Assembly (NCBI GenBank): GCA_049423385.1
Contig: JBMSQQ010000002.1
Coordinates: 5,601-69,600 of the forward strand
DNA: 64,000 bases
Direction of reading: 5' to 3'
Source of the DNA: Silvanigrellaceae bacterium
GTDB lineage: Bacteria; Bdellovibrionota_B; Oligoflexia; Silvanigrellales; Silvanigrellaceae
The notes beneath the pieces were generated by a model. That model was given only the letters and a program-made list of their open reading frames with translations. It was not told the DNA's origin and did no database searches. Each line of letters opens with the position of its first letter. Positions within the stretch are counted from its first letter, which is position 1. Made by a program: the position numbers and the translations under genes. Positions 18,628 through 28,433 of this stretch are shown here, piece after piece.

Positions 18628-20511
18628 ATGGCTGACGAGAACAAGCCTCTTGACGAGTTGACTGTTGATGAGTCGAATTCCCCCCGTAAACGTCCATCGC
18701 GCAGATTTGTGAGAAAAGACGAGGGAGCAGGCGACGATGTTGGCGCGGAAGGGTCGGTCTCCGAAGCTGCGGCTGGTTCAGGGGATGAGGATTCCAAGGG
18801 AGTCAGCACGTTCGTTCCTCAAAAAAGGGAAGATCGTCGTGGGTTTATGCCACGACGCGAGGCTCAAGCTGCTGCACCTGTGGCAGGCGAAGCATCACGC
18901 GAAGGCACAGCTCCCATGCCAAGTCCTGCCATGAATCCTGTCAGGGAGGCGGCTGCCGGTCCTGTGTCCGCGGCACCTACTCCCCAGGCTGCGAATGGCG
19001 GAAGCGGACCCGTTCAAGGTCAGCAAGGACATCCGCAGGGGCAGCACGGTGGGCACCACGGTCAGCACGGACAACATGGCCATCAGCAATTCCGTCGGCC
19101 AGGCCATGGCGGCGGACAACACCAAGGTCGCCCGCATGGTCAAGGTGGATTTCAGCAGCGCCAGGGCGGTGGAAATTTCAATCCGAATTTCAAAAGATCC
19201 GACAAACAACAGATGCCCATGATAGAGCAGAAGGAGCCGGAATTCAACGCGATCGTTCCGGTGATGAACCTCATGGAACTGAAAGAAAAGCACATCAGTG
19301 ACCTTGTTCAAATGGCGCGCGAAATGGGCATCGAAGGTGCTGCCAACCTTCGCAAGCAAGATCTCGTGTTCGCATTGCTTGGAGCACAAGCAGCGCGCAA
19401 TGGCGTTGTTTATTCTGAAGGCGTGCTTGAAACACTGCCAGATGGCTTCGGCTTTCTGCGCGCACCAGACTACAACTATCTTCCTGGGCCGGACGATATT
19501 TATGTGTCGCCATCGCAAATCCGCAGATTCAACCTGCGCACGGGCGATACGGTTTCAGGTCAAATCCGTCCACCGAAAGACAACGAACGTTATTTCGCTC
19601 TTTTGAAGGTTGAATCCGTCAACATGGAACCACCCGATCTGACGGGTGAGAAAATCCTGTTCGACAACTTGACCACGATTCACCCGAATGAGCGTTTGAA
19701 GCTTGAATATCATCCGGAAGTGCTCAGCACACGTACCATCGACTTGATGTCGCCTATCGGCAAGGGCCAGCGTTCGCTGATCGTTGCGCCACCGCGCACA
19801 GGTAAAACGGTACTTTTGCAGAACATTGCAACAGCAATCGCGCACAACCATCCTGAAGTTGTGTTGATTGTTCTCCTGATTGACGAGCGTCCCGAAGAAG
19901 TGACCGAAATGGAACGCACCGTGAAGGGCGAAGTCGTTTCGAGTACGTTCGACGAGCCGGCGTCGCGTCACGTTCAGGTGGCCGAAATGGTGATCGAAAA
20001 GGCCAAGCGGCTTGTTGAACATAAAAAAGATGTCGTGATTCTTCTCGACTCGATCACCCGTTTGGCTCGTGCGTACAACTCGGTTGTTCCGCCGAGCGGC
20101 AAGATCCTCACCGGTGGTGTGGATGCCAATGCCCTTCACAAACCCAAGCGCTTTTTCGGAGCAGCCCGCAACGTCGAGGAAGGTGGAAGTTTGACCATCA
20201 TCGCGACAGCACTGATCGAAACGGGAAGCCGCATGGACGAAGTGATCTTTGAAGAGTTCAAGGGTACGGGCAACATGGAATTGGTGCTTGATCGTCGGTT
20301 GGCCGAACGTCGCGTCTTTCCTGCGATCGACATCAACAAGTCGGGAACACGTCGCGAAGACTTGCTGTTGCCCAAGGACATCCTCAACCGCTTGTGGGTC
20401 CTGCGCAAGGTGATTCATCCGATGAGCCCTATCGAGTCGATGGAGTTTTTGATCCAGCGGCTTGAAAGAACAGAAACCAACAATGATTTTCTTGGAAGCA
20501 TGAACGGTTAA
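18628..20511 (+). CDS. rho: Transcription termination factor Rho with a ~215-aa disordered N-terminal extension
   Basis: Core motifs: [56 protein letters not shown], Walker [19 protein letters not shown]. The ATG at 18628 ([10 protein letters not shown]) is preferred over the ORF-track start at 18337, which would overlap the divergent gene. Confidence 0.93.
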   Translation: MADENKPLDELTVDESNSPRKRPSRRFVRKDEGAGDDVGAEGSVSEAAAGSGDEDSKGVSTFVPQKREDRRGFMPRREAQAAAPVAGEASREGTAPMPSPAMNPVREAAAGPVSAAPTPQAANGGSGPVQGQQGHPQGQHGGHHGQHGQHGHQQFRRPGHGGGQHQGRPHGQGGFQQRQGGGNFNPNFKRSDKQQMPMIEQKEPEFNAIVPVMNLMELKEKHISDLVQMAREMGIEGAANLRKQDLVFALLGAQAARNGVVYSEGVLETLPDGFGFLRAPDYNYLPGPDDIYVSPSQIRRFNLRTGDTVSGQIRPPKDNERYFALLKVESVNMEPPDLTGEKILFDNLTTIHPNERLKLEYHPEVLSTRTIDLMSPIGKGQRSLIVAPPRTGKTVLLQNIATAIAHNHPEVVLIVLLIDERPEEVTEMERTVKGEVVSSTFDEPASRHVQVAEMVIEKAKRLVEHKKDVVILLDSITRLARAYNSVVPPSGKILTGGVDANALHKPKRFFGAARNVEEGGSLTIIATALIETGSRMDEVIFEEFKGTGNMELVLDRRLAERRVFPAIDINKSGTRREDLLLPKDILNRLWVLRKVIHPMSPIESMEFLIQRLERTETNNDFLGSMNG

Positions 20512-20533
20512 TACAAAGGGAGAGGGTGAGGTG

Positions 20534-21646
20534 ATGACCCTGTCGACAGACATTTCACTCTCCGCATTGTTGGAGCTGCCGCAGTCCGCGGCAGCTTCTT
20601 CTTTGTCGGAGTTGCAAAATTTGATTGATGATGAACGCACCCGCTGCCTGAAGGTCACGGCACTGCCGTTGGCATCTTTCACGGAACTCCAGGCAGATGA
20701 AGTACGTGTGCGCTTCACCGGAAGAAAGTCTCCGTTGCAGGATTGGCTCAAGGGATTGAGAAATTATCCGGCCGAAGAGCGCAAGGAGGCGGGAGCAAAG
20801 ATCAATCAGCTGAAAGCAATACTGGAAGCTGAAATCGAGAAGTTTGTCAGCGCATGTCGAAATTTTGCGGAGGAAAGGAAACTCGCGGAAGAATTCGTTG
20901 ATCTTTCCCTGCCCATGCCTGAGCTGCGTTTGGGCTCGCGTCATCCGGTATCTTTGGCGGTACAGCAATTGCTTGAACCACTCAAGCGACTGGGATTCAC
21001 TGTCATCGATGGACCAGAACTTGAGCGTGAATTTTACAATTTTGAAGCTCTCAATATTCCCGCAGAGCACCCTGCACGTGAGATGCAGGACACGTTTTTC
21101 GTGGCCTCGGAATGGGTTCTACGGACACACACGAGCAGTGTTCAAGCACATGCGATGATGGAACGTGGAGTTCCATTGCGCGTGGCGTGTGCGGGTTTCA
21201 CCTATCGCAATGAATTGGACCTGACCCACGTGCCCACCTTCCGTCAGATCGAGTGCCTGGTGGTCGACAAGGGAATCACATTGGCGCACATGCGCAGCAC
21301 GCTTGATGCGTTTTTTGCCGAGGTGTTTGGTCGTCCTGTCAAACTGCGCCTGCGCTCCAGCTATTTTCCGTTCACAGAACCGAGTGCCGAAATCGACGTA
21401 CAGTGCCAACAATGTTTTGGTGCCGGCTGCCGCAGCTGCAAACACACAGGCTGGTTGGAAATGGGCGGATGTGGACTTGTAAACACCCGCGTGCTCGACC
21501 GTTGTGGTGTGGATTCCAAAGTCTACAGCGGCTTCGCGTTCGGCATGGGAGTCGATCGGATTGCCATGAGCAAGTTTGGAATCGCCGACCTGCGTTCACT
21601 GTTTGAAGGCGACGTTTTGCTTTCGCGCCAGCTGTCTTTGCGTTGA
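20534..21646 (+). CDS. pheS: Phenylalanine--tRNA ligase alpha subunit
   Basis: HPVSLAVQQLLEPLKRLGFTVIDGPELEREFYNFEALNIPAEHPAREMQDTFF, RTHTSSVQ and FPFTEPSAEIDV are class II PheS motifs. Confidence 0.95.
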   Translation: MTLSTDISLSALLELPQSAAASSLSELQNLIDDERTRCLKVTALPLASFTELQADEVRVRFTGRKSPLQDWLKGLRNYPAEERKEAGAKINQLKAILEAEIEKFVSACRNFAEERKLAEEFVDLSLPMPELRLGSRHPVSLAVQQLLEPLKRLGFTVIDGPELEREFYNFEALNIPAEHPAREMQDTFFVASEWVLRTHTSSVQAHAMMERGVPLRVACAGFTYRNELDLTHVPTFRQIECLVVDKGITLAHMRSTLDAFFAEVFGRPVKLRLRSSYFPFTEPSAEIDVQCQQCFGAGCRSCKHTGWLEMGGCGLVNTRVLDRCGVDSKVYSGFAFGMGVDRIAMSKFGIADLRSLFEGDVLLSRQLSLR

Positions 21647-21658
21647 GGGGATGGAATC

Positions 21659-24550
21659 GTGCTTATCAGTTTGAAACTCATCGATCGTCTTTTCCTGCAG
21701 CTGCCGCTTTTGCCCGGAACGAACGCGGAACTTTCTCCGTGCTGGCAGCGCTGGGACGTTGCATCGTTTGCAGAGATTTTCACCCGCCAGGGATTTGAAG
21801 TTGAATCGCAAACCTTGCGTGGCAAGGGATTCGAAAAAGTAGTGGTTGGCGTCATCAAGTCTGCCGAGCGACACCCCAAAGCAGACAAGCTGCAAGTGTG
21901 TCAGGTCCAGACAGGCCCGAATGATGTTCGCCAAATCGTCTGCGGAGCAGCGAATGCGCGGGCTGGGCTTTACGTTGCAGTTGCTTTGCCGGGAGCTGTG
22001 TTGCCAAACGGACTGGAGATCAAGGTCTCGAAGATCCGCGATGTCGAAAGCAGCGGCATGCTCTGTTCGCGTGAAGAGCTCGGCTTGAATGTGGAAGAAG
22101 ACCGCGACGGGAGCGGTATCTGGGAACTTCATTCGGAAGCGTCCTGTGGACTGCCGGAAGCAAAGCTGGCCACTGTTCTTGGCACGCCGGTTTTTCATGC
22201 CCTCGGACTGGATGATGTTCTGTTTGAATTGAACGTCACTCCAAATCGTCCAGACCTTTTGGGACACGAAGGTGCCGCGCGCGAATTGTGCGCCGGCTTG
22301 AAATGGCAAGGAAAGAATTCGGTTGAGCTGAAAGCATGGCCGAGCGAATGGACGGCAAGTGTGTCTGCCGAACAGATCCTGTCTGAAGCTCAGGAACGAA
22401 CTCAATTGGAAACAAAGGCTGGTGCATTTGCAGCACAGAACGAATTGGGTGCGCCCACGTTTTTTGTTGCCCTCGATGACGTCAAGGTGTCTTCAACGCC
22501 TGGCTGGTTGAGAAATAGTCTTGAGGCTTTGGGTCAAAAGAGCATCAATTCCGTGGTGGATGCGGGTAACCTTGTGCTGTTGTGTTTTGCACAGCCAAAC
22601 CACGCCTTCGACGTTGCCAAGCTTGCCAAGGGGAAGGATGGTCATCGTCAACTCAGTCTGCGTTTCGCTCGCGAATCCGAAGGCTTTATTGGCCTTGATG
22701 GCAAAGAGCGGACACTCGCGGCGAATGATTGTGTTGTTGCCGATGAATCGCAAGTCCAGGCACTTCTGGGCGTGATTGGTGGAGAGCACTCAAAAGTCTC
22801 GACCGGATCGACAAGTCTTGTGCTTGAATTTGCAAATCCACATCCGGTGTTGGTTCGTCGCACTTCGCGTCGTCATGGACGCAAGACAGACAGCAGTTTT
22901 GCCTTTGAAAAAGGGATCGACGTATTCCGTCGAGCGGAAGCCGCGCAAAAGCTTGTCGGGTTGATCTCCGCGTTGCAGTCCAAGACTGAAGGTTCAGTCA
23001 AATATGTCGGCTCAGCTGCTGCGCGTGTGAGCAGCAGTATTTCTGCTGCGGCGAGTTCCTTTTTTCCGGATGGAAACAATCTTCTCAAGCATCTCGACGC
23101 AGGCAAGGCACAGCCTTCGAAAAACTTTGAATTGCTGTTCTCTTTGGAAGATCTCGCATTGCGCGTTGGCAATGAACTTGTTGGTTTCGATGAACAGTTG
23201 AAAATTCTTTCTGCTCTTGGGTTTGTCGTCGAAAAATCTGCAGCAGCTGCAAAAATCACGGTTCCCACCTGGCGCCGGCTTGATGTTGTTGGTGTTGCTG
23301 ATTTGGTTGAGGAGATTGTTCGGGTTGTCGGCATTGATCACGTGCCTGCACTACCGATGAATTCAGTCGGACGCGTTGTGCCCGATGATTCACATTTGTC
23401 GGCATTCGAGACGGTTGCAAACCGCATGGTGAGCCTCGGGTACCACGAAACAGCAGGCTTTCATTTCATGCGCGCGGATGATTGGAAGAAACTCAATCAA
23501 GCGAGCATCAACGCCTGTGGTGAGCCTGTGGCATTGCTCAATCCCATTATCAGGGATGAGCCCTTGATGCAGACGACTCTGTTGAGTGGGTTGCTGCGGA
23601 AGGTTGCGTTCAATCTGAATTATGGCAACAAGCGCGGCCAGTTGTTTGAAGTTTCGCGCACATTCCAAAATACAAACAGCCACGGACAACGCGTCTTCAA
23701 GGACAATGGTGTGGCGGTTGGTTTGCTCGAAACGTTGGCTGCTGCGAAGCAAGACCAGCTTCTGGAGTATTCTCCGGCTGCAGCATTGACTTTGAGCAAA
23801 GAAGCGACGGCTGGTGAACGCCCCGCAGAAACACCGCGACTCTGTGGAGTTGTTTTTGGCTCTGAAGAGGAAAAAGAATGGTCCAACAGTGGTGATAAGC
23901 CATGGACCTTGCATCGCATTGCTTCACATGTCGAAGAGGTTCTTCAGACTTTTGGATTGAAACCTGAACTGCAGAAAATACCGCAACAACATCCGTTACG
24001 TCCGGCATTGCATCCGGGTCGCTCGGCACAGGTTGTGGTTCGTCGCGGGCAAGATTCGATTCCATTGGGGTGGGTTGCCCAATTTCACCCTGCCACACTC
24101 CGCGCGTTTGAGATCGAAGGTTTGTGTCTTGGTTTTGAATTGAATCTTGCCAGCGCATTGGCCTTGGGCGCAAGACTTGTGGCGGAAAAGCAAAGCGCGC
24201 AGAAGCCCGCATCAAAGGCAGCAACAAGCAACGTTCGCTTGCCAAGTGTTGAACGCGATTTCGCATTTTTGCTTGATGAATCGGTGAACGCGGAAAAGTT
24301 GACCTCCTGTGTGAAGTTGGCGGTCGAAGCTGATGCTTTGGATGAGCACAAGATTCCAGCGCGATTGCTGGGAGTTCGGATTTTCGACGTCTACCGTGGA
24401 CAAGGTGTGCCTGTGGGTCACAAGAGCGTTGCCTTGAGGGTCACCCTGTTGCCAACCGAACGAACTTTGGTTGAAGCCGACATTGCCCTCGTGACGCAAT
24501 CCGTTGTGGGTCGGGTCACTCGCGACTGTGGTGCCCAGCTGCGTGGTTGA
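21659..24550 (+). CDS. pheT: Phenylalanine--tRNA ligase beta subunit (long form, 963 aa)
   Basis: tRNA-binding domain VVGVIKSAERHPKADKLQVCQV...IVCGAANARAG. B3/4 region LFELNVTPNRPDLLGHEGAAREL. B5 and C-terminal FDX-ACB-like region ERDFAFLLDE...IFDVYRGQGVPVGHKSVALRVTL. Directly downstream of pheS. Confidence 0.93.
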   Translation: MLISLKLIDRLFLQLPLLPGTNAELSPCWQRWDVASFAEIFTRQGFEVESQTLRGKGFEKVVVGVIKSAERHPKADKLQVCQVQTGPNDVRQIVCGAANARAGLYVAVALPGAVLPNGLEIKVSKIRDVESSGMLCSREELGLNVEEDRDGSGIWELHSEASCGLPEAKLATVLGTPVFHALGLDDVLFELNVTPNRPDLLGHEGAARELCAGLKWQGKNSVELKAWPSEWTASVSAEQILSEAQERTQLETKAGAFAAQNELGAPTFFVALDDVKVSSTPGWLRNSLEALGQKSINSVVDAGNLVLLCFAQPNHAFDVAKLAKGKDGHRQLSLRFARESEGFIGLDGKERTLAANDCVVADESQVQALLGVIGGEHSKVSTGSTSLVLEFANPHPVLVRRTSRRHGRKTDSSFAFEKGIDVFRRAEAAQKLVGLISALQSKTEGSVKYVGSAAARVSSSISAAASSFFPDGNNLLKHLDAGKAQPSKNFELLFSLEDLALRVGNELVGFDEQLKILSALGFVVEKSAAAAKITVPTWRRLDVVGVADLVEEIVRVVGIDHVPALPMNSVGRVVPDDSHLSAFETVANRMVSLGYHETAGFHFMRADDWKKLNQASINACGEPVALLNPIIRDEPLMQTTLLSGLLRKVAFNLNYGNKRGQLFEVSRTFQNTNSHGQRVFKDNGVAVGLLETLAAAKQDQLLEYSPAAALTLSKEATAGERPAETPRLCGVVFGSEEEKEWSNSGDKPWTLHRIASHVEEVLQTFGLKPELQKIPQQHPLRPALHPGRSAQVVVRRGQDSIPLGWVAQFHPATLRAFEIEGLCLGFELNLASALALGARLVAEKQSAQKPASKAATSNVRLPSVERDFAFLLDESVNAEKLTSCVKLAVEADALDEHKIPARLLGVRIFDVYRGQGVPVGHKSVALRVTLLPTERTLVEADIALVTQSVVGRVTRDCGAQLRG

Positions 24551-24635
24551 AGCAGTCGTGCTCAAAAAAGATGTTGACCGTCCGGCTCAGTTGGAAGTAT
24601 GTCGCCCGGAAGTTCACCATAGAAGGAGTTTCAGC

Positions 24636-24992
24636 ATGAAGAGAGCTCTTGTACTTGCATCTTTGCTGGCAGCGGGAAGTGCATCCGCGGATTGGGCAGA
24701 TGCGACTGGCGGGTCACCTGCGTATCCCCAAATTTGTATCTTCAACCAGACCCCTTACAGCGTGGACATTTCTGTCAATGGCCAACGGATGTACGTAGGA
24801 CCGTCCTACACGACACGCATCCAGAGCTATCAAAACGGTCCTTCTCTTGTTCAGTTGAACACGCGTCAATTGGCAGGCCCATATGCCAACCCGATTTGGG
24901 TTCAGGCTTATGTGAATCCGGCCTACTACGGTTGCACTTCCCAAAACTCACTGAGCATTTTCAGCTACGGTGACGTTCTCGGATTGCGCTGA
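24636..24992 (+). CDS. Small secreted protein of unknown function (118 aa)
   Basis: The ATG at 24636 follows GAAGGAG. MKRALVLASLLAAGSASA is a signal peptide. Two Cys residues. The ORF-track start at 24504 would overlap the pheT end. Confidence 0.5.
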   Translation: MKRALVLASLLAAGSASADWADATGGSPAYPQICIFNQTPYSVDISVNGQRMYVGPSYTTRIQSYQNGPSLVQLNTRQLAGPYANPIWVQAYVNPAYYGCTSQNSLSIFSYGDVLGLR

Positions 24993-25015
24993 TTGCATTG
25001 GCTGAGCGAATCAAG

Positions 25016-25042
25016 TCCGTCCGAAAGGGCGGATTTTTTTTT
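25016..25042 (+). terminator. Intrinsic terminator
   Basis: TCCGTCC (25016-25022), GAAA tetraloop, GGGCGGA (25027-25033), then a T9 run (25034-25042). Confidence 0.75.
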
Positions 25043-25148
25043 GCCGTGAACGACAATCTTTAGCTTAATGATGCAAAATGTCAGCGGAAAGTATTTAAGC
25101 TCAAGCGGGCGGAAGACACTTCCGAAACGTCCTCAGAAGGGGAACACG

Positions 25149-25997
25149 ATGAAGTTTGCGATGAGTCTCATAGCAATCTTTTTGGTGGCAGGCTGCAGCA
25201 CCGGCGACTTTGGCAGCAGCACATCGTCTGGTCGCAAAAAATCCCAGACATCCCAGAGCCCCGGGAATTCAAGCAATGCGAATGGCAACCAGGCGGCAGA
25301 CTCAGCAGCCAACGTGTCAAAAGACAACAACGGTGGCAGTCGCGAGGTGACTGAAAATGAAAGTCCAGTCGCGCCGGTGCCAGTATTGGGAAGTTATCTT
25401 GTAGCGATGGCAGTCGATTTGCAGGGCAATCCAGTGTCCAACGCCGCTGTGAATCTTGATGAAGACGCTGGTTCGACGTCGGAGACGGGATATTCCGACG
25501 CGAAAGGTCTGGTGAAATTGAAATTCGCGGATGCAAACAAAATTTCCCGTATTCGGCTCAAACGGGCGGGTGCATCAACTTCAACGAGCGTGTTGACACT
25601 GACATCAGAAGATAAAAAGGCTTTGTTGGAAACTGTCCTGCTTGAATCTGACAATGTCCCTGTCCCGCCAAAACTTTTGCAAATCAAGTCGGATGGTAGC
25701 GGTGGCTCGGTGTTGATTGCGAGCATCGTGAATCCGCAAACCGACACCACGCCTCCAAGTGTTTCTGGTGTGAACACGGCACCTGACGGTGCCGGTGGAA
25801 AACTTGTCACCATCAATGCCTCTGACGCGCAAACCGGCTTGCACGACCAGGCTTATTCGTTCGATTCTGGCGTGACTTGGTCTGCTTCGAATCAAAAGAG
25901 TTTTCCGACAGGAACCGTTCTGCAAAGTGGAACAATGCGTGTTCGCGACCGGGCTGGAAATGTTTCAATTGTAAACAATTTCAATCTCGGGCTTTGA
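25149..25997 (+). CDS. Lipoprotein with a carboxypeptidase-regulatory-like beta-sandwich region
   Basis: The ATG at 25149 follows AGAAGGGGA. MKFAMSLIAIFLVAGC lipobox, then a Ser/Asn-rich linker, then GSYLVAMAVDLQGNPVSNAAVNLDED...DAKGLVKLKF. Same layout as the gene at 50300..51103. Confidence 0.55.
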   Translation: MKFAMSLIAIFLVAGCSTGDFGSSTSSGRKKSQTSQSPGNSSNANGNQAADSAANVSKDNNGGSREVTENESPVAPVPVLGSYLVAMAVDLQGNPVSNAAVNLDEDAGSTSETGYSDAKGLVKLKFADANKISRIRLKRAGASTSTSVLTLTSEDKKALLETVLLESDNVPVPPKLLQIKSDGSGGSVLIASIVNPQTDTTPPSVSGVNTAPDGAGGKLVTINASDAQTGLHDQAYSFDSGVTWSASNQKSFPTGTVLQSGTMRVRDRAGNVSIVNNFNLGL

Positions 25998-26039
25998 CAC
26001 TGGTCGTCCAATCTTAACATGCCATCAAATCAACTTGAT

Positions 26040-27029
26040 TTACAGCGCAAGTTTTCCATCGGCCAGATCGCAAACATATGACCTCGGAAGGTGTTTCCAA
26101 AATCCACTCGCGATGTCACGGAAGGATGTTTGTGTCAGCCAGCGATGACGAGCAGCTGTAGGCGCAGGTTCATAATCAGCATTGTTGGCAAATCGTCTCA
26201 ACAAGGGAAGTAATGTTCCATAACGGTCCGCAATCTGATTCAAGGTTCCGCGCTCGTCATCCTCGAACGGGAGCAGTGGAATGGGGTCGTTGGGCTGAAT
26301 CACCACCTGCAGTCGGTTGGCCAGCAATTTTCTCGCTGCATCCGTGAATGTGTGTTCTCCAATTTTGGGTGCACCAAAAGTCCAGATGGAATGTATTTTT
26401 TTTCCACTTCTTTCGAGGTCGACCGCGCTGAGAAATGCCACGGCTCCGCCCAGACTGTGCCCGGCAAGAATCAACGGTTTGCGTTTTGATTCTGCCAACA
26501 GGGCGGCTTCAAGCGAATAATCTCTGACCGATTGTGCAGCTGAAAAGAATCCACCGTGCACGCGTCCAGGAGTGGCCCAAGTCGAAGGAGCCCTCTCCAA
26601 TCGAACATCAACGTCCGTGATCAAATCCGATGGTTCCTGGGTGCCGCGGTAAACCAGCAGAACAAACTGATCGTGCTCTGCCCAAAAGCCATTTGTGCTG
26701 GTTTCGTTGTTGTCGAACAGTCGATGGGATACAAAGCCCCATTCCTTGAGAATCCGTTCGCGCCGCCCCGGCCAAAAGCGGTAGGCCAAATGACTTGCAG
26801 CCATCAGCAGGTAAGCATTTCCTTGGCTCTTCGTTCTTTCGAGTTCGAATTGCACCGGAGATTTTGGAGTTCCACATGGCAGATCGTCTTTCGAGATGTT
26901 GCTCGAAGTCCAGAGTGAAGGGATGGGTGGATTGCCTTTTGCTTTTTTCGAGGGGGTATTGGCTTTGCCGGCCGTAGTGAATGCCAGTGCAGTCAACAGG
27001 AAAGCAAACACAACCAGAAAAATTTTCAT
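26040..27029 (-). CDS. Secreted class 3 lipase (alpha/beta hydrolase)
   Basis: Signal peptide MKIFLVVFAFLLTALAFTTAGKA. Nucleophile elbow ILAGHSLGGAVAFLSA, with the LVYRGTQEPSDLITD context typical of Lipase_3. Confidence 0.8.
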   Translation of the reverse strand: MKIFLVVFAFLLTALAFTTAGKANTPSKKAKGNPPIPSLWTSSNISKDDLPCGTPKSPVQFELERTKSQGNAYLLMAASHLAYRFWPGRRERILKEWGFVSHRLFDNNETSTNGFWAEHDQFVLLVYRGTQEPSDLITDVDVRLERAPSTWATPGRVHGGFFSAAQSVRDYSLEAALLAESKRKPLILAGHSLGGAVAFLSAVDLERSGKKIHSIWTFGAPKIGEHTFTDAARKLLANRLQVVIQPNDPIPLLPFEDDERGTLNQIADRYGTLLPLLRRFANNADYEPAPTAARHRWLTQTSFRDIASGFWKHLPRSYVCDLADGKLAL

Positions 27030-27294
27030 TTGAGGCGGTCTCCCATTTTCAGCGAAACGCGCGCGGGAAATAGGACAGGTTGGCTCTGGAATGCCCTCGA
27101 AAAGGACCTGCTCCCGACACCATAAAAGAATAGATTGCGGGCAAGGTCAAATGATGTTTTAGCCCAACCGGCTGCCAGTGGTATCGGACTGCTTGATTAT
27201 TTCCATAATGGAAATATCTTGTATTTTCTGTGTCTTGGGATTGGGTTTCAATCTCTGGGCCTCTCGTTGAATGGCACGCTTTGGGAGGGTGAAC

Positions 27295-28338
27295 ATGAAT
27301 CCTGTGATGTTTTCGTCGCGGGTATTGTTGGGAGCAACGTCGTTGCTGTGCACGGTTTCCGCCTGCAGCAGAGAGATGAACGTGGACGCGACTCCCCAAT
27401 GGCTGGCTTCGCCGGGAATGACTGATTCAGAAATTCAAAAAGCCCTGAGTGCAACGATCGCGCTGCGCGTCAACCTGACCTCGAACAGGGCAACGCTGTA
27501 TAAAAAGGGCGAGGCACTTCAGCAGTGGAACATAGCATCTGCAGACGTGACGGGGCGATATCACAACGGCCAACCGAAGTTCACGCCGGAAGGAATCTAT
27601 GGCGTGGAAGACTTTGAACATTGTCCTGTGTGGCGGCCCATTGATCCCGTGAATCCTGCAACAGGCAGGGTCGCGCAGAGCGAAGATGAACGCTGGCATA
27701 TCTTCAACACATATCCCGATGTCTATGGGGCTTGTGGTGAAAGAAATCCCTTGGGACGATACGTTATTTGGTTTCAGGGTCCGTTTGGGATGCATGGCAA
27801 CTCTGCGGAAGATATTTTGCGCTTGCGGGATCCGGATGACAGGCGAGTTTCGGGCGGTTGTCTGCGGAACCCGAATGCAAAAATCAAGGAGATTTTTCAT
27901 CTCGCATTGGCAACGTACACAGAGATTTCCGATTACAAGGCGCGAGTGATAGCGATGGAGAACAATCCCAACAAGTCCACGGTGTCGAAAACTGTGCGAA
28001 ATCTGGACATGCGGATTGTGGTTGGAAGTTGGAACAGTGATCCCCGGGTGAGCAATCCGCATGGTGGAGGTTCTTTGCCTCCTGCGCCGGTATCCACGCC
28101 AACTCCGATTCCTGAACCCATCGGACCAGCGATGATTTGTAAAGCAGTTGCAATCGACCCTGCGCGTGGCATTGCGCCCGTGCACATCACGTTGCCCGCG
28201 ACCAGTGAAAACGTGTCGGCCTGGTATCGATTGAATGATCCGGTACGGGTGCAGGGACGAATTCCCGGGACGACGTTTTATCGCACCGGTCGAGGCTACA
28301 TCGACAAAAAGTTCATTGGAAATTGTTCCGAACTCTGA
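27295..28338 (+). CDS. L,D-transpeptidase (YkuD domain) lipoprotein with a C-terminal SH3-like region
   Basis: The ATG at 27295 follows GGGAGGG. MNPVMFSSRVLLGATSLLCTVSAC lipobox. YkuD motifs LYKKGEALQQWNIAS...TPEGIY...GMHGN...VSGGCLRNPN (His ... Cys catalytic pair). Confidence 0.78.
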   Translation: MNPVMFSSRVLLGATSLLCTVSACSREMNVDATPQWLASPGMTDSEIQKALSATIALRVNLTSNRATLYKKGEALQQWNIASADVTGRYHNGQPKFTPEGIYGVEDFEHCPVWRPIDPVNPATGRVAQSEDERWHIFNTYPDVYGACGERNPLGRYVIWFQGPFGMHGNSAEDILRLRDPDDRRVSGGCLRNPNAKIKEIFHLALATYTEISDYKARVIAMENNPNKSTVSKTVRNLDMRIVVGSWNSDPRVSNPHGGGSLPPAPVSTPTPIPEPIGPAMICKAVAIDPARGIAPVHITLPATSENVSAWYRLNDPVRVQGRIPGTTFYRTGRGYIDKKFIGNCSEL

Positions 28339-28363
28339 TCTTGACCTCGGAATTGGATCGCCT

Positions 28364-28414
28364 CATCACCGCCAATGCGTTGGAGAGGGACAACTTCCGC
28401 ATTGGTCGGTGATG
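28364..28414. terminator. Long hairpin between the convergent L,D-transpeptidase and speD genes
   Basis: CATCACCGCCAATGCG (28364-28379) pairs with CGCATTGGTCGGTGATG (28398-28414) with one bulged T. There are no strong U-runs, so the terminator role is inferred from position only. Confidence 0.45.
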
Positions 28415-28433
28415 TGATCACAAATTCAAAATC

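Noticed and set aside
19555-20751. 398-aa ORF antisense to rho and the start of pheS
   Set aside because: The plus strand encodes an unmistakable Rho (Walker A, RNA-binding motifs). The antisense ORF has no recognisable motifs and a skewed, Arg/Val/Phe-rich composition typical of shadow ORFs opposite highly conserved genes.
27272-27290. TGGCACG upstream of the L,D-transpeptidase gene as a sigma-54 -24 element
   Set aside because: The required -12 TTGC at the correct spacing is absent (the sequence reads TGGCACGCTTTGGGA). The G-rich part is better explained as the Shine-Dalgarno sequence.
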